Origin: Bacteroidales bacterium
Lineage (GTDB): Bacteria > Bacteroidota > Bacteroidia > Bacteroidales > P3
Direction of reading: 5' to 3'
DNA length: 64,000 nucleotides
Assembly (NCBI GenBank): GCA_017479385.1
Contig: JAFVCE010000024.1
Span: forward strand, 21,179 to 85,178
Part shown: piece by piece, positions 37,528 through 47,636 of the stretch
How positions within the stretch are numbered: the stretch's first letter is position 1
Layout: each line of letters starts with the position of its first letter
Made by a program: the position numbers and the translations under genes
Notes under the pieces: model-generated
Databases searched by the model: none
What the model was told of the DNA's origin: nothing
The model's input: only the letters and a program-made list of their open reading frames with translations

Positions 37528-38466
37528 TCAGACTTTTTGTTGTTTCATTTTGATGAGGGCGGCAGCGCCGAGTATGGCCACCTCGTTGGCTTTGAGCTGC
37601 GACATCATGATGCGGCACGTGTTGTGGAAGATGTATAGTGTGTTGGCTTCGAATTCCTGGCGCAAGGGTACCAGCAGTGGGTCGCCCACCTGGGCCGGCC
37701 CACCCATGAGGAAGATGGCTTCGGGCGAAGAGAAGCCCACGGCGTTGGACATGGCTATGCCGAGCCAGTGTGCGGTTTGGTGCCATGTTTCGAGGGCTGT
37801 TGGGTCGCCCTCGTGGGCTTTTTGGCCAACGAGTTTGCTGGTGATTTCTTGGTCGGGTTCGGCGCCATGGGCTGCGCGATAGAGTTCGCGATAGGTCTGG
37901 ACTATGCCGCGCGCCGAGGTGTAGGCTTCGAGGCAACCGCACCGGCCGCAGCTGCATTGGCGCCCACCGGGGACAAGGATGTTGTGGCCCAACTCGCCAG
38001 CGGCTCCGGTCGAGCCGTGAACCAGCCGCCCATCTACCACTATGCCGCTGCCCACGCCGGTGCCGAGGGTGAACATGACGAAATGTTTCATCCCACGTGC
38101 GCCGCCGTAGACGTATTCGCCATAGGCGGCGGCGTTGGCGTCGTTCGAGAGGGCTACCGGCACGCTGAAGCGGCTGCCCAGCGCGTGCTCAAAATCGAGA
38201 TTCCCCTTGATGGTGAGGTTGGGGGCGTTGTCGACACAACCGGTATAGAAGTTGCCATTTGGGGCACCGATGCCGATGCCGTCTATCTCGACCCCGGCTG
38301 CCGACGTCATGGCTTGCAGTTCGCGACTTATGTCGTTGATATATAGGTCGAAGTCGGTGTAGCGGTTGGTGGGCAGGTTGCGCCTTGCCACTATGATTCC
38401 GTCCTCGTTGATGAGGCCCATGTCGGTGTTGGTTCCGCCTATGTCGATTCCTATCGAGTGTGCCAT
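37528..38466 (-). CDS. ROK-family sugar kinase (glucokinase-like)
   Basis: I place the start at MAHSIGIDIGGTNTD (ATG 38466-38464). It has the zinc motif CSCGRCGCLE. Confidence 0.88.
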   Translation of the reverse strand: MAHSIGIDIGGTNTDMGLINEDGIIVARRNLPTNRYTDFDLYINDISRELQAMTSAAGVEIDGIGIGAPNGNFYTGCVDNAPNLTIKGNLDFEHALGSRFSVPVALSNDANAAAYGEYVYGGARGMKHFVMFTLGTGVGSGIVVDGRLVHGSTGAAGELGHNILVPGGRQCSCGRCGCLEAYTSARGIVQTYRELYRAAHGAEPDQEITSKLVGQKAHEGDPTALETWHQTAHWLGIAMSNAVGFSSPEAIFLMGGPAQVGDPLLVPLRQEFEANTLYIFHNTCRIMMSQLKANEVAILGAAALIKMKQQKV

Positions 38467-38496
38467 TTTTGTTGCGTTTTTTATTATAATAATGTG

Positions 38497-38504
38497 CAAA
38501 ATTA
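38497..38504 (-). promoter_or_regulatory. -7 box TAATTTTG upstream of ROK kinase
   Basis: The reverse complement of caaaatta lies 31 nt upstream of the ATG. Confidence 0.55.
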
Positions 38505-38546
38505 CTATTTTTTTTTGATTTGTACGTTTTTTTGAATATTATTTTG

Positions 38547-38554
38547 TAATTTTG
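38547..38554 (+). promoter_or_regulatory. -7 box TAATTTTG immediately upstream of phoH
   Basis: TAATTTTGcagcATG, only 4 nt between the box and the start codon, which predicts a leaderless mRNA. Confidence 0.55.
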
Positions 38555-38558
38555 CAGC

Positions 38559-39563
38559 ATGAACGAAACTGCCATAGAGAAGATTTTTTCGCTCGAAAGT
38601 GTTGATTATGCGGACTTTTGGGGCGCCAACGACCGTATGCTCGACTTTGTGAGACTGCTTTTCCCAAAGCTTAAGTTGGTGGCTCGTGGCGAGATGCTTA
38701 AGGCCATCGGTTCGGCCGAGGATATTGCCCATTTCGACGGCAAGTTGCAGGCCATGTTGACTTACTACGAAAAGTTTGGCCGCCTGACCGAGAACGCCGT
38801 GATGCAGATTTTAGAAAACGGCGGCTCGTCGCCCGAGGCCGAAGTGAGCGACGAAATCCTCGTCCACGGCCGCAACGGCTTGTTGGTCAAAGCCATGACC
38901 CGCAATCAGCGCCGCTTGGTCGACGCCGTTCGCCACAACGATATGGTCTTCGCCGTAGGTCCTGCAGGCACGGGCAAGACCTACACCGCCGTGGCCCTCG
39001 CCGTCCGCGCGCTGAAAAACAAGGAGGTGCGCCGCATTGTCCTCACCCGTCCGGCCGTCGAGGCTGGCGAGAACCTGGGCTTCCTCCCTGGCGATTTGCG
39101 CGACAAGTTAGACCCCTATTTGCAGCCGCTCTACGACGCTTTGCGCGACATGATTCCGCAGCAAAAACTGCTCGCTCACTGGGAGGATGGAACCATCGAG
39201 ATTGCACCGCTGGCCTTTATGCGTGGCCGCACACTCGACAACGCTTTCGTCATTCTCGACGAGGCTCAGAACGCCACTCCTGCCCAACTCAAGATGTTCT
39301 TAACGCGAATGGGACGCAATGCCAAGTTCGTGATTACCGGCGACTTAACCCAAGTCGACCTGCCTCGCCACCAGCAAAGCGGCCTGCTCAACGCCACGCG
39401 TATTCTGCAAGGCATTAAGGGCATCGAGGTGGTCGAACTGGACCAAAGCGACGTGGTTCGCCACCGCTTGGTGACCGACATCATCCGTGCCTATGAACGC
39501 CATGCCGAAGCTCTCCGCACCGAAAACCAACCTAAAACCGAAAGCAATGAAGACCCGTCCTAA
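38559..39563 (+). CDS. phoH: PhoH-family ATPase
   Basis: 334 aa with Walker [17 protein letters not shown] and Walker [10 protein letters not shown]. Confidence 0.92.
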   Translation: MNETAIEKIFSLESVDYADFWGANDRMLDFVRLLFPKLKLVARGEMLKAIGSAEDIAHFDGKLQAMLTYYEKFGRLTENAVMQILENGGSSPEAEVSDEILVHGRNGLLVKAMTRNQRRLVDAVRHNDMVFAVGPAGTGKTYTAVALAVRALKNKEVRRIVLTRPAVEAGENLGFLPGDLRDKLDPYLQPLYDALRDMIPQQKLLAHWEDGTIEIAPLAFMRGRTLDNAFVILDEAQNATPAQLKMFLTRMGRNAKFVITGDLTQVDLPRHQQSGLLNATRILQGIKGIEVVELDQSDVVRHRLVTDIIRAYERHAEALRTENQPKTESNEDPS

Positions 39564-40332
39564 CTGCAAAATCAACCTCGGCCTCCACGTCGTTGGTCGT
39601 CGCGCCGATGGCTACCACGACATCGAGACCATCTTCCTGCCTGTCTTCAGCCTGTGCGACGAGCTCGAAATAACCCCAGCTCCAGCCTCGCAAGGGCAGC
39701 CCACAATGGTTCAGCAAGGGATAGAACTCGACAACGCGCCCGACCAAAACCTCTGTGTGCGTGCTTGGCAATTGTTACACGACGAGTTCGATATACCACC
39801 GGTCAACATTCTGTTAACCAAGCATATACCTTTCGGAGCCGGACTCGGCGGCGGCTCGGCCGACGCCGCATTCACGCTCCGAATGCTCAACGAGATGTTC
39901 TCGCTCGGGCTCGACCAGGCGCAGCTCGAACTGCGCGCTGCGCAACTGGGTGCCGACTGCCCATTCTTCGTGGCCAACCGCGCTGCCTACGCAACCGGCA
40001 TTGGCGACCGCCTCGAGCCCATCGACATAGACCTTTCGCGTTACGACATCTGCATCGAAATGCCAGAAGGCGAAACCGTGTCCACGCGCGAGGCCTATGC
40101 CAACCTCGCCGTCGATTTCGGCCAGCCCCGTCCCGACCTGCGCCAAGCCGTCAAACAACCCATTGTTGAGTGGAAAAAATTGATAGTCAACGATTTCGAG
40201 AAGTCTGTCTTCCCGCTTCACCCAGCTATTTCGCGCCTCAAAACGCGGCTCTACGAGCGCGGTGCACGCTATGTATCAATGACCGGTTCGGGGGCAGCCC
40301 TCTTTGCCATATACGACAAGTTTATGAGGTAG
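39547..40332 (+). CDS. ispE: 4-(cytidine 5'-diphospho)-2-C-methyl-D-erythritol kinase
   Basis: I place the start at [24 protein letters not shown] (ATG 39547). It has the GHMP motif [14 protein letters not shown] and overlaps the phoH 3' end by 17 nt. Confidence 0.9.
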   Translation: MKTRPNCKINLGLHVVGRRADGYHDIETIFLPVFSLCDELEITPAPASQGQPTMVQQGIELDNAPDQNLCVRAWQLLHDEFDIPPVNILLTKHIPFGAGLGGGSADAAFTLRMLNEMFSLGLDQAQLELRAAQLGADCPFFVANRAAYATGIGDRLEPIDIDLSRYDICIEMPEGETVSTREAYANLAVDFGQPRPDLRQAVKQPIVEWKKLIVNDFEKSVFPLHPAISRLKTRLYERGARYVSMTGSGAALFAIYDKFMR

Positions 40333-40432
40333 CGCCACTCACTGCACCTCCGTTTTTCGAACATCAAAACGTCGAAATCGCGCACCAATCCACACATCGA
40401 CCCAATGAAGACACTCGACACCTGAAGCAATC

Positions 40433-40462
40433 GGCCCCCGCCAACCAGGGTTGGCGGGGGCC
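40433..40462. terminator. GC-rich 12-bp hairpin between ispE and tRNA-Gly (terminator-like, no U-tract)
   Basis: ggcccccgccaa (40433-40444) pairs with ttggcgggggcc (40451-40462). It lies 5 nt beyond the tRNA-Gly 3' end. Confidence 0.5.
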
Positions 40463-40467
40463 TTGAG

Positions 40468-40543
40468 TGGAGCGATAGACGGGGGTCGAACCCGCGACCT
40501 GCGGCTTGGGAAGCCGCCGCTCTGCCAACTGAGCTACTATCGC
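40468..40543 (-). tRNA. tRNA-Gly (anticodon CCC), CCA encoded
   Basis: The reverse complement GCGATAGTAGCTCAGTTGGCAGAGCGGCGGCTTCCCAAGCCGCAGGTCGCGGGTTCGACCCCCGTCTATCGCTCCA folds by hand into a cloverleaf. The anticodon loop is TT-CCC-AA and the discriminator is U73. Confidence 0.88.
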
Positions 40544-40730
40544 GCAAAAACTTAACTCTTAAATAACGCCAGGTTTTAACATTTATTGTGTCCAAAATCA
40601 AAAAAAATGAAAATTTTTTCTGATTTTGCTCGTATCGGTTTGATTATCAATATTTAAAGTCGCGAAAAAAAATTTCCGAACCCCTATTTTCACCCTCCCC
40701 AACGGTGGCGCCGCAGTTGCCAACGCGTAA

Positions 40731-40817
40731 AAGCTTGAAAAACAGGGTTGAGGAGGGGTTAAAGAGGGGTTAGGGTCGTATTGAGGTCGAATAAGCATTG
40801 ATGTTGAGGCGATTAGC
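40731..40817 (-). repeat. dispersed 11-bp-phased repeat, copy D (reverse orientation)
   Basis: The reverse complement reads gctaatcgcc, then tcaacatcaat gcttattcgac ctcaatacgac cctaacccctc tttaacccctc ctcaaccctgt ttttcaagctt. Confidence 0.88.
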
Positions 40818-41057
40818 CCCCAATTATTACCCCTCCCAAACTCCCGGTTTTTGGCTCCAAATTCCCTCACAATGCGCTGCATATCACATCGTTATCCCTC
40901 TCTGTCGCCTCTTTTTATCGACCAAACTCAATCTCGAGTAGTTCTTCTCCCTTTCTAACCACCACGAAACCCCTCGCAAAGTGCGCTCAAACTTTCTTAA
41001 TAAATGTTAAAAATGCGAAAAATTACAGAAAAAACTCGCTATTTCGAAAAAAAGTAG

Positions 41058-41065
41058 TAATTTTG
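41058..41065 (+). promoter_or_regulatory. -7 box TAATTTTG upstream of rpsO
   Basis: It lies 51 nt upstream of the rpsO ATG. Confidence 0.55.
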
Positions 41066-41115
41066 CAACCCGAAAAGAAACAAAAAATTAACAAACCAAA
41101 AGATAACAAACCGCT

Positions 41116-41385
41116 ATGTATCTTACAAAAGAGAAGAAAGAAGAAATCTTTGCCCAGTATGGCAACTCGGTTAAAAACACCGGCTCGGCCGAGGCTCAAA
41201 TCGCCCTTTTCACCTATCGCATTCAGCACCTCACCGAGCTGATGAAGAAGAACAAAAAGGACCAAGTTTCGGAGCGCGCCCTGGTGGGCTTGGTCGGTAA
41301 ACGCCGCAAAATGCTCGACTACCTGAAAGAAACCGACATCGAGCGCTACCGCTCCATCGTCAAACAACTCGGCCTGCGTAAGTAA
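41116..41385 (+). CDS. rpsO: 30S ribosomal protein S15
   Basis: 89 aa, MYLTKEKKEEIFAQYG...GSAEAQIALFTYRIQHLTELMKKNKKD. Confidence 0.95.
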   Translation: MYLTKEKKEEIFAQYGNSVKNTGSAEAQIALFTYRIQHLTELMKKNKKDQVSERALVGLVGKRRKMLDYLKETDIERYRSIVKQLGLRK

Positions 41386-41612
41386 GCCTGTGTGCGATTC
41401 GGCTTGCGAAAGCAGGTCCGGTCCAATCAAGAATAGTGTCATCTGCAGCCCTGTGCTTCGGGTGACGCTTCTTTTTTTGCGCGCCACAAGTGACGGCTAT
41501 AGTACTAATTGAGAGGCCCATCTTTCGAGTTTCGCTGCACCTTTCCGCCTACAAAATTACACAAAAATTTGCAAAGAGTAAAATCTTTTTTTCATATTTC
41601 GGGAAAATATAG

Positions 41613-41620
41613 TAAATTTG
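41613..41620 (+). promoter_or_regulatory. -7 box TAAATTTG upstream of pnp
   Basis: It lies about 129 nt upstream of the pnp ATG, implying a long leader. Confidence 0.5.
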
Positions 41621-41748
41621 CACATCCTTTTTGCCGGTCACAAGCTGCCTGTAGGAAGAGATAAAGCACTGAATATTAACACTTTTATGAGTCGTGGGGA
41701 TGGTCCCCATGGCTGCGGTAAAGTAAACGAAAACAATATAAAAACCAA

Positions 41749-44022
41749 ATGAACGAACACATCATCACTAAACGTTTCGACCTCGGCGATGGCCGCACAA
41801 TCGAAATCGAGACTGGCAAACTGGCCAAGCAGGCCGACGGTGCCGCCGTGGTGCGCATGAACGACACCATGCTCTTAGCCACCGTATGCGCAAAGAAAGA
41901 AGTTGGCGAAAACGTCGACTTCATGCCCCTCACCGTTGACTATCAGGAAAAATACGCCGCCATGGGCCGTTTCCCCGGCGGTTTCTTCAAGCGCGAAGCA
42001 CGCCCCTCCGAGCATGAAATCCTCATCGCCCGCCTGGTCGACCGCGCCCTGCGCCCCCTCTTCCCCGACAACTTCCATGCCGAAGTGCAGGTACAAATAA
42101 CCCTCATCAGCGGCGACCACGACACCATGCCCGACCAGCTGGCAGCCCTGGCAGCAGCCTCGGCCCTGGCTGTGAGCGACATACCCTTCAACGGCCCCGT
42201 TAGCGAGGTCCGCGTCAGCTTCCTCGATGGCCAGTACGTCATCAACACCCCCATGCAGGACATCGACCGCGCCGACCTCGACCTCATCGTCGCCGCCACC
42301 GAAGACAACATCATGATGGTCGAAGGCGAAATGAAAGAGGTTAGCGAAGACATCATGCTCGGAGCCCTCAAAGCCGCCCACGAAGCCATCAAGATACAGT
42401 GCCGCGTGCTCAACGAACTCACCATCGAAACCGGCAAAACCGAAAAACGCGAATACTGTCACGAGGTGAACGACGAGGAACTACGCGAACGTGTGCGCCA
42501 AGCCGTCTACCAAAAATGCTACGACTTCAGCAAGCAAGGTATCGCCAACAAGCATCAACGCGAAGATGGTTTTGCTGCCATCAAACAAGAATTTATCGAC
42601 GCAAACTATACCGAGGAGACCCTCACCGACGACATTAAGTTCATGATAGACCGCTACTATCACGACACCGAGCGCGAGGCCATGCGCGACATGGTCCTCA
42701 ACGAGCGCACCCGTCTCGACGGCCGTCAACTCGACGAAATTCGCCCCATTTGGTGCGAGACCGACTACCTGCCCTCGGCTCATGGTAGCGCTATCTTCAC
42801 CCGTGGCGAAACCCAGTCGCTCTCTACTTGTACCCTCGGTACAAAACTCGACGAGCAGAAAATCGACGGCGCCGTCATCGAAGGTATGCGTCGCTTCCTG
42901 CTTCACTACAACTTTCCTGCCTTCGCCACTGGCGAGGTCAAACGCTCTGGCAGCGTCAGCCGCCGCGAGGTCGGTCACGGTCACTTGGCTTGGCGTGCCC
43001 TCAAAGAGGTGCTTCCCACCGACGCCGAATGCCCCTACACCATCCGCGTTGTGAGCGACATCCTCGAAAGTAACGGCTCGTCCAGCATGGCCACCGTCTG
43101 CGCTGGCTGTATGGCACTGATGGACGCTGGCGTCAAAATCCGCAAACCTGTTGCCGGTATTGCCATGGGCCTTATCAGCAAAGGCGACAAGTGGGCCGTG
43201 CTGAGCGACATACTTGGCGACGAAGACCACCTCGGCGATATGGACTTCAAGGTCTGCGGCACGCGCGACGGCATTACCGCTTGCCAGATGGATATCAAGG
43301 TAGACGGCCTCAGCTACGACGTGCTGGCCAAAGCCCTCGAACAAGCTCGTCAAGGCCGCCTTCACATACTCGACAAGATTGCCGAAACCATACCTCAGCC
43401 CCGCGAGGACTACAAGGACTTCGTGCCTCGTATCGAACAAATCCAAATTCCGAAAGACTTCATCGGTGCCGTCATTGGCAAGGGTGGCGAGGTTATTCAG
43501 AAAATCCAGTCCGAAACCAACACCATCATCAACATCGAAGAGGTTGGCGAATTTGGCATTGTCGACGTGGCATCGCAGAACAAGGACGATATTGCTGCAG
43601 CCATCAAGTGGATAAAAGAAATATGCACTGTGCCCGAGGTTGGCCAAATCTACGACGCCAAAGTCGTTTCGATAGTCGAGTTCGGCGCCTTCCTCGAGTT
43701 CCTACCTGGCAAAGAGGGCTTGATGCACATCAGCGAATACCAGTGGGGTCGCACCGAGACCCTCGAAGGTCTCATTGCCGAAGGCGACGTCATCCGCGTG
43801 AAAATCATCAACATCGACGAGAAGACTGGCAAACTCAAACTCAGCCGCAAAGCTCTGCTCGAAAAGCCCGAAGGCTACGAAGAGGAGAAGCCTGCCCGCT
43901 CCGGCAATGGCGGTGGACGTGGTGGCGACCGCGGTGGTCGTCGCGACGGCGACCGTAGCCCACGCCGCGATGGCAATGGTGGTGGCGAACGCCGCTCTGG
44001 CAATAACGGCCGCCGCAGATAA
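41749..44022 (+). CDS. pnp: polyribonucleotide nucleotidyltransferase (PNPase) with Arg/Gly-rich C-terminal extension
   Basis: 757 aa with two RNase PH domains, KH and S1 domains, then a ~45-aa tail [40 protein letters not shown]. Confidence 0.95.
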   Translation: MNEHIITKRFDLGDGRTIEIETGKLAKQADGAAVVRMNDTMLLATVCAKKEVGENVDFMPLTVDYQEKYAAMGRFPGGFFKREARPSEHEILIARLVDRALRPLFPDNFHAEVQVQITLISGDHDTMPDQLAALAAASALAVSDIPFNGPVSEVRVSFLDGQYVINTPMQDIDRADLDLIVAATEDNIMMVEGEMKEVSEDIMLGALKAAHEAIKIQCRVLNELTIETGKTEKREYCHEVNDEELRERVRQAVYQKCYDFSKQGIANKHQREDGFAAIKQEFIDANYTEETLTDDIKFMIDRYYHDTEREAMRDMVLNERTRLDGRQLDEIRPIWCETDYLPSAHGSAIFTRGETQSLSTCTLGTKLDEQKIDGAVIEGMRRFLLHYNFPAFATGEVKRSGSVSRREVGHGHLAWRALKEVLPTDAECPYTIRVVSDILESNGSSSMATVCAGCMALMDAGVKIRKPVAGIAMGLISKGDKWAVLSDILGDEDHLGDMDFKVCGTRDGITACQMDIKVDGLSYDVLAKALEQARQGRLHILDKIAETIPQPREDYKDFVPRIEQIQIPKDFIGAVIGKGGEVIQKIQSETNTIINIEEVGEFGIVDVASQNKDDIAAAIKWIKEICTVPEVGQIYDAKVVSIVEFGAFLEFLPGKEGLMHISEYQWGRTETLEGLIAEGDVIRVKIINIDEKTGKLKLSRKALLEKPEGYEEEKPARSGNGGGRGGDRGGRRDGDRSPRRDGNGGGERRSGNNGRRR

Positions 44023-44041
44023 AAATTAGCCAACAAACAAC

Positions 44042-44073
44042 AAAACTGGAAGGTTCGAGAGGACCTTCCAGTT
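44042..44073 (+). terminator. pnp terminator hairpin
   Basis: aaactggaaggt (44042-44053) pairs with accttccagttt (44062-44073). There is no clear U-tract. Confidence 0.6.
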
Positions 44074-44215
44074 TCTATTACCCAAGTGCTCGATACCAAC
44101 GACTGGTTGCTGAACAGCATTTGACCTCACACAATTTTTTTTACTAATTTTTGTCGTGCCAACATAATAATTAGCCGCTTTGAACGTTATTATAAAAATA
44201 TGATACGCTAAAAAT

Positions 44216-44821
44216 ATGGAATTAGGCTACCAAAAAATTGACCAATACGATGAGCAATGTGTCGCCCAACTGGCCGAGCACTACAAGGCCATTCTGCGCC
44301 TGCTGGGCGAAGACCCCTCGCGCGAAGGCCTCGTCAAATCGCCCGAACGCATTGCCAAAGCCATGCTCTTTTTCACCAACGGCTACGACCTCTGCCCCGA
44401 AGATATACTGCGCAGCGCCATGTTCCACGAGGACTATCGCCAGATGGTAGTCGTGAAAGACATCGAACTCTACTCGCTTTGCGAACACCACATGGTCCCA
44501 TTTGTCGGCAAAGCCCACGTGGCCTACATCCCCAACGGCACCATTGTGGGGCTGAGCAAAATACCGCGCGTGGTCGACGCCTACGCCCGTCGTCTGCAGG
44601 TTCAAGAGCGTCTCACAAAGCAAATAAAAGACTGCATACAAAACACCCTCAACCCCCTCGGCGTGGCCGTGGTAATCGAAGCGCAGCATATGTGCATGAG
44701 TATGCGCGGAGTTCAGAAACAAAACTCAGTTACCACAACCAGCGACTTCACTGGCGCATTCCTCAACTCGCCCAAAACGCGCGAAGAATTTATGAACATT
44801 ATCGGAGTTAAACTCCATTAA
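44216..44821 (+). CDS. folE: GTP cyclohydrolase I
   Basis: 201 aa with LCEHHMVPF and [10 protein letters not shown] motifs. Confidence 0.93.
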   Translation: MELGYQKIDQYDEQCVAQLAEHYKAILRLLGEDPSREGLVKSPERIAKAMLFFTNGYDLCPEDILRSAMFHEDYRQMVVVKDIELYSLCEHHMVPFVGKAHVAYIPNGTIVGLSKIPRVVDAYARRLQVQERLTKQIKDCIQNTLNPLGVAVVIEAQHMCMSMRGVQKQNSVTTTSDFTGAFLNSPKTREEFMNIIGVKLH

Positions 44822-44832
44822 AACAGGTGGTT

Positions 44833-45483
44833 ATGAAAAGGTTGACAACATTGCTGCTTTTTATCATCGTCGCCCTCGGGTCGCTCCAAGCCCAAATTTC
44901 GCACACTGCCAACGGCGATGTGGACAAGAAAGCCGACGAAATTCTGAAACGAGCTGCCTCCAAGCTCAATCAGCCCGTCATGTTCGACGTTGCTGCCACC
45001 GTGACCAACGCCGACAAGCAAACAACCGCCACGGCCAAAGCCTCGGTGCTTTACAGCAAGGGTAAATACCGCATGACCATGCCCGAACAGGTGCTCTACT
45101 GCGACGGGACGGCCACTTACCACTGGCAGGTCGAAGCCAAAGAGCTGGTTGTCAGCCCAATGGAGCAGGATGGGATAAACCTCATGAACCCAGGTTCTAT
45201 CGTTACAAACTACGCCAAAAACTTCCGCCCGAAATACATCCGCACCGAACCCGACGGCACCGCTATCGTCGACCTCCAGCCGCGCCAGGCTGCCTCGTAC
45301 CACAAGGTTCGTCTTTTTGTGGTCGAAAAAACTGGTTTGCTCAAACGCATGGAGGTCCACCGCTACGACTCCTCGCGCGAAGAATTTGTGGTGACCAACT
45401 TCAAGACCACACGCGCCACAGACTCCGACTTCCGTTTCGACGCTAAAGCCCACCCCGAGGTGGAGGTGATAGATATGCGTTGA
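44833..45483 (+). CDS. LolA-like outer-membrane lipoprotein carrier/sorting protein
   Basis: About 216 aa from ATG 44833 (MKRLTTLLLFIIVALGSLQAQ signal). The family assignment rests on size and general resemblance only. Confidence 0.6.
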   Translation: MKRLTTLLLFIIVALGSLQAQISHTANGDVDKKADEILKRAASKLNQPVMFDVAATVTNADKQTTATAKASVLYSKGKYRMTMPEQVLYCDGTATYHWQVEAKELVVSPMEQDGINLMNPGSIVTNYAKNFRPKYIRTEPDGTAIVDLQPRQAASYHKVRLFVVEKTGLLKRMEVHRYDSSREEFVVTNFKTTRATDSDFRFDAKAHPEVEVIDMR

Positions 45484-45530
45484 ACCACATCAACTGCCAC
45501 ATTCTGAATATTTTAAAAGAACATAACGCA

Positions 45531-46235
45531 ATGACCATACTCCTGCTCGAAACCGCCACCGAAGTCTGCTCGGCCGCCATTGTAGCCGACAGCAAAGTGC
45601 TTGCCCAGCGCCGCTCCGACGAGCCCAACGCCCACTCGTCGCGTTTGGCTGTTTTTATCGACGAAATGCTCGCCGAGTTGGGCCTAAAAGCCTCTGCCCT
45701 CGACGCTGTATGTGTCTCGTCTGGCCCCGGCAGCTACACCGGTCTGCGCATCGGTGTCAGCACCGCCAAAGGCCTTTGCTACGGCCTGCAAGTGCCACTC
45801 CTATCCGTCCCAACGCTCAGCTCTATGGCCCTATGGTACTATGCTCAACATCCTGACTATCAGGGTGCTGTCTGCCCAATGGTCGACGCTCGCCGTATGG
45901 AGTGCTACACCCTCATCGCCAAGCGCGACGGGCAGCAGTTAGTTGAGCTCAAGCCAACCTCGGCCGATATTGTGGAGGAGGGTATCTACGACCGTTACCT
46001 CGATGACGGCGAGGTTGTCTTCATCGGCAATGGTGCCGCCAAGACTCGCCAAGTGCTGGGCAGCCACCCCAACGCCCGTTTCGACGACTCGTTTGCCATA
46101 TCCGCCATCGGCATGGCCTCAGAGGCCGAGCGTCGCCTCGCGCAGGGTAGGGTAGAGGATGTGGCCTACTTCGAGCCTTTCTATCTGAAAGATTTTGTGG
46201 CCAAAAAATCTATCGTCAGAGGCCTTCGTAACTAA
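45531..46235 (+). CDS. tsaB: tRNA threonylcarbamoyladenosine biosynthesis protein TsaB
   Basis: I place the start at MTILLLETATEVCSAAIV. It has the GPGSYTGLRIGVSTAKGL motif. Confidence 0.88.
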   Translation: MTILLLETATEVCSAAIVADSKVLAQRRSDEPNAHSSRLAVFIDEMLAELGLKASALDAVCVSSGPGSYTGLRIGVSTAKGLCYGLQVPLLSVPTLSSMALWYYAQHPDYQGAVCPMVDARRMECYTLIAKRDGQQLVELKPTSADIVEEGIYDRYLDDGEVVFIGNGAAKTRQVLGSHPNARFDDSFAISAIGMASEAERRLAQGRVEDVAYFEPFYLKDFVAKKSIVRGLRN

Positions 46236-46266
46236 TTGTTTATCAATCTATAAAACGCCAATAGCC

Positions 46267-47349
46267 ATGCTTCGCTACGTCACCAACCGGCTCCTCTACG
46301 GCCTCCTCGTCGTCTTCGGCGTGGTGACGTTGGTATTCTTCCTTTTCAACATCCTGCCAGGCGACCCCGCGCGCATGATGCTCGGACAGCGTGCCGACGC
46401 CGAAAGCATCGCTATCATCAACCGCGACTTGGGTCGCGACAAACCCATGGGGCTGCAGTATCTGAACTATCTTAACGACCTGGTACCCATATCGTTACAT
46501 AATTCTTCCGACCCCGAAGCCTACTTCTACCTCGACCCAGCCAAGTATGCGCCATTCGCCCGACTGCTCACCATTGGCAACACCACTGTTGTGGCAAAAT
46601 GGCCATACCTGCGTCGCTCCTACCAAAGCAAGCGCAAGGTGAGCGAAATCATCGCCAACGCCTTTCCTCAAACCGCTCTTTTGGCCGTGGTGGCCATGAC
46701 TTTTGCGCTCGTGGTTGGCGTAGGGTTAGGCATTGTGGCTGCGCTGCGGCGCGGCTCGTGGGTAGACCGTTTGGTGCTGGTTCTCTCCACGCTTGGAATG
46801 TCGCTCCCCTCGTTTTTCGCGGCCATACTCATTGCGTGGCTCTTCGCCTACGTCATGGCCGATTGGACGCACCTCAATATGTTTGGCAACCTCTTCACGG
46901 TCGACGACTATGGCAGCGGCGAGTACCTTGACCTAAAAAACCTCATACTCCCAGCCCTCACCCTCGGCATTAGGCCGCTGGCCACCATAACACAACTCAC
47001 CAAAAATTCTATGCTCGAAGTGATGGGACAAGACTACATACGCACCGCGCGTGCCAAAGGCCTCAGTTCCAGGCAGGTAGTGCTGCGCCACGCCCTGCGC
47101 AATGCGCTTAACCCCGTGGTTACTTCGGCCTCGGGCTGGCTTGCGGGATTGCTGGCCGGAGCCGTGTTTGTGGAGTATGTTTTCGACTGGAAAGGGATGG
47201 GCATTGTCATCGTCGACGGGCTCGAAAAATACGATTTCCCTGTGGTTATGGGTTCCATCCTATTCATCTGCCTGTTGATAGTGATAATAAACATCATAAC
47301 CGATATAATCTACGCCCTGCTCGACCCGAGAGTGAGGCTTACTACCTGA
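46267..47349 (+). CDS. ABC transporter permease, DppB/OppB-like, with no partner genes nearby
   Basis: I place the start at MLRYVTNRLLYGLLVVFGVVTLVFFLF. It has the EAA-like region DYIRTARAKGLS. Confidence 0.85.
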   Translation: MLRYVTNRLLYGLLVVFGVVTLVFFLFNILPGDPARMMLGQRADAESIAIINRDLGRDKPMGLQYLNYLNDLVPISLHNSSDPEAYFYLDPAKYAPFARLLTIGNTTVVAKWPYLRRSYQSKRKVSEIIANAFPQTALLAVVAMTFALVVGVGLGIVAALRRGSWVDRLVLVLSTLGMSLPSFFAAILIAWLFAYVMADWTHLNMFGNLFTVDDYGSGEYLDLKNLILPALTLGIRPLATITQLTKNSMLEVMGQDYIRTARAKGLSSRQVVLRHALRNALNPVVTSASGWLAGLLAGAVFVEYVFDWKGMGIVIVDGLEKYDFPVVMGSILFICLLIVIINIITDIIYALLDPRVRLTT

Positions 47350-47417
47350 AATTCAAGCACTCAGCATCGCTCAACCATCGCCCAGCAGTCGCTGCACGAT
47401 GGGCTTTTCGTCGAATT

Positions 47418-47503
47418 GTAAGTGCCTCAGTATCAAGGCTTGTTCGACCTCAATACGACCCTAACCCCTCTTTAACCCCTCTTCAACCCTGTAAATCAAC
47501 CTT
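47418..47503 (+). repeat. dispersed 11-bp-phased repeat, copy C
   Basis: gtaagtgcc, then tcagtatcaag gcttgttcgac ctcaatacgac cctaacccctc tttaacccctc ttcaaccctgt aaatcaacctt. Confidence 0.88.
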
Positions 47504-47561
47504 TTATCTGCCCCAAACTAAAAAAAATGCACCTCGTGGCCGGTAATTCCGAAAAAATGTG

Positions 47562-47569
47562 TAAATTTG
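47562..47569 (+). promoter_or_regulatory. -7 box TAAATTTG upstream of ileS
   Basis: It lies 68 nt upstream of the ileS ATG, in the same 19-nt context as the promoter at 602-609. Confidence 0.6.
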
Positions 47570-47636
47570 TAAACTTATCGCAGCCCTATCGAACCAGATA
47601 AAGGCCTGAAAACTAACGAAATAACATTATTTCTCG

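Noticed and set aside
40598-40882. 94-aa ORF on the minus strand between tRNA-Gly and rpsO
   Set aside because: It reads through repeat copy D and poly-A/T promoter DNA. The sequence is low-complexity and there is no supporting motif.
41551-41558. Reverse-strand TAATTTTG box in the rpsO-pnp spacer as an antisense promoter
   Set aside because: This is a single 8-nt motif match in AT-rich DNA with no downstream ORF or structure. It could easily be chance, so I mention it only inside the pnp leader finding.
44078-44135. Possible further weak repeat copies (44078-44135 after the pnp terminator, 51015-51040 after the ileS stop, 40640-40670)
   Set aside because: They share only short strings (gtgctcgata.caa, gctcgtatcaagc, ttgacctcacac) with the family and cannot be aligned colinearly by eye. 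They need a profile search before being called.
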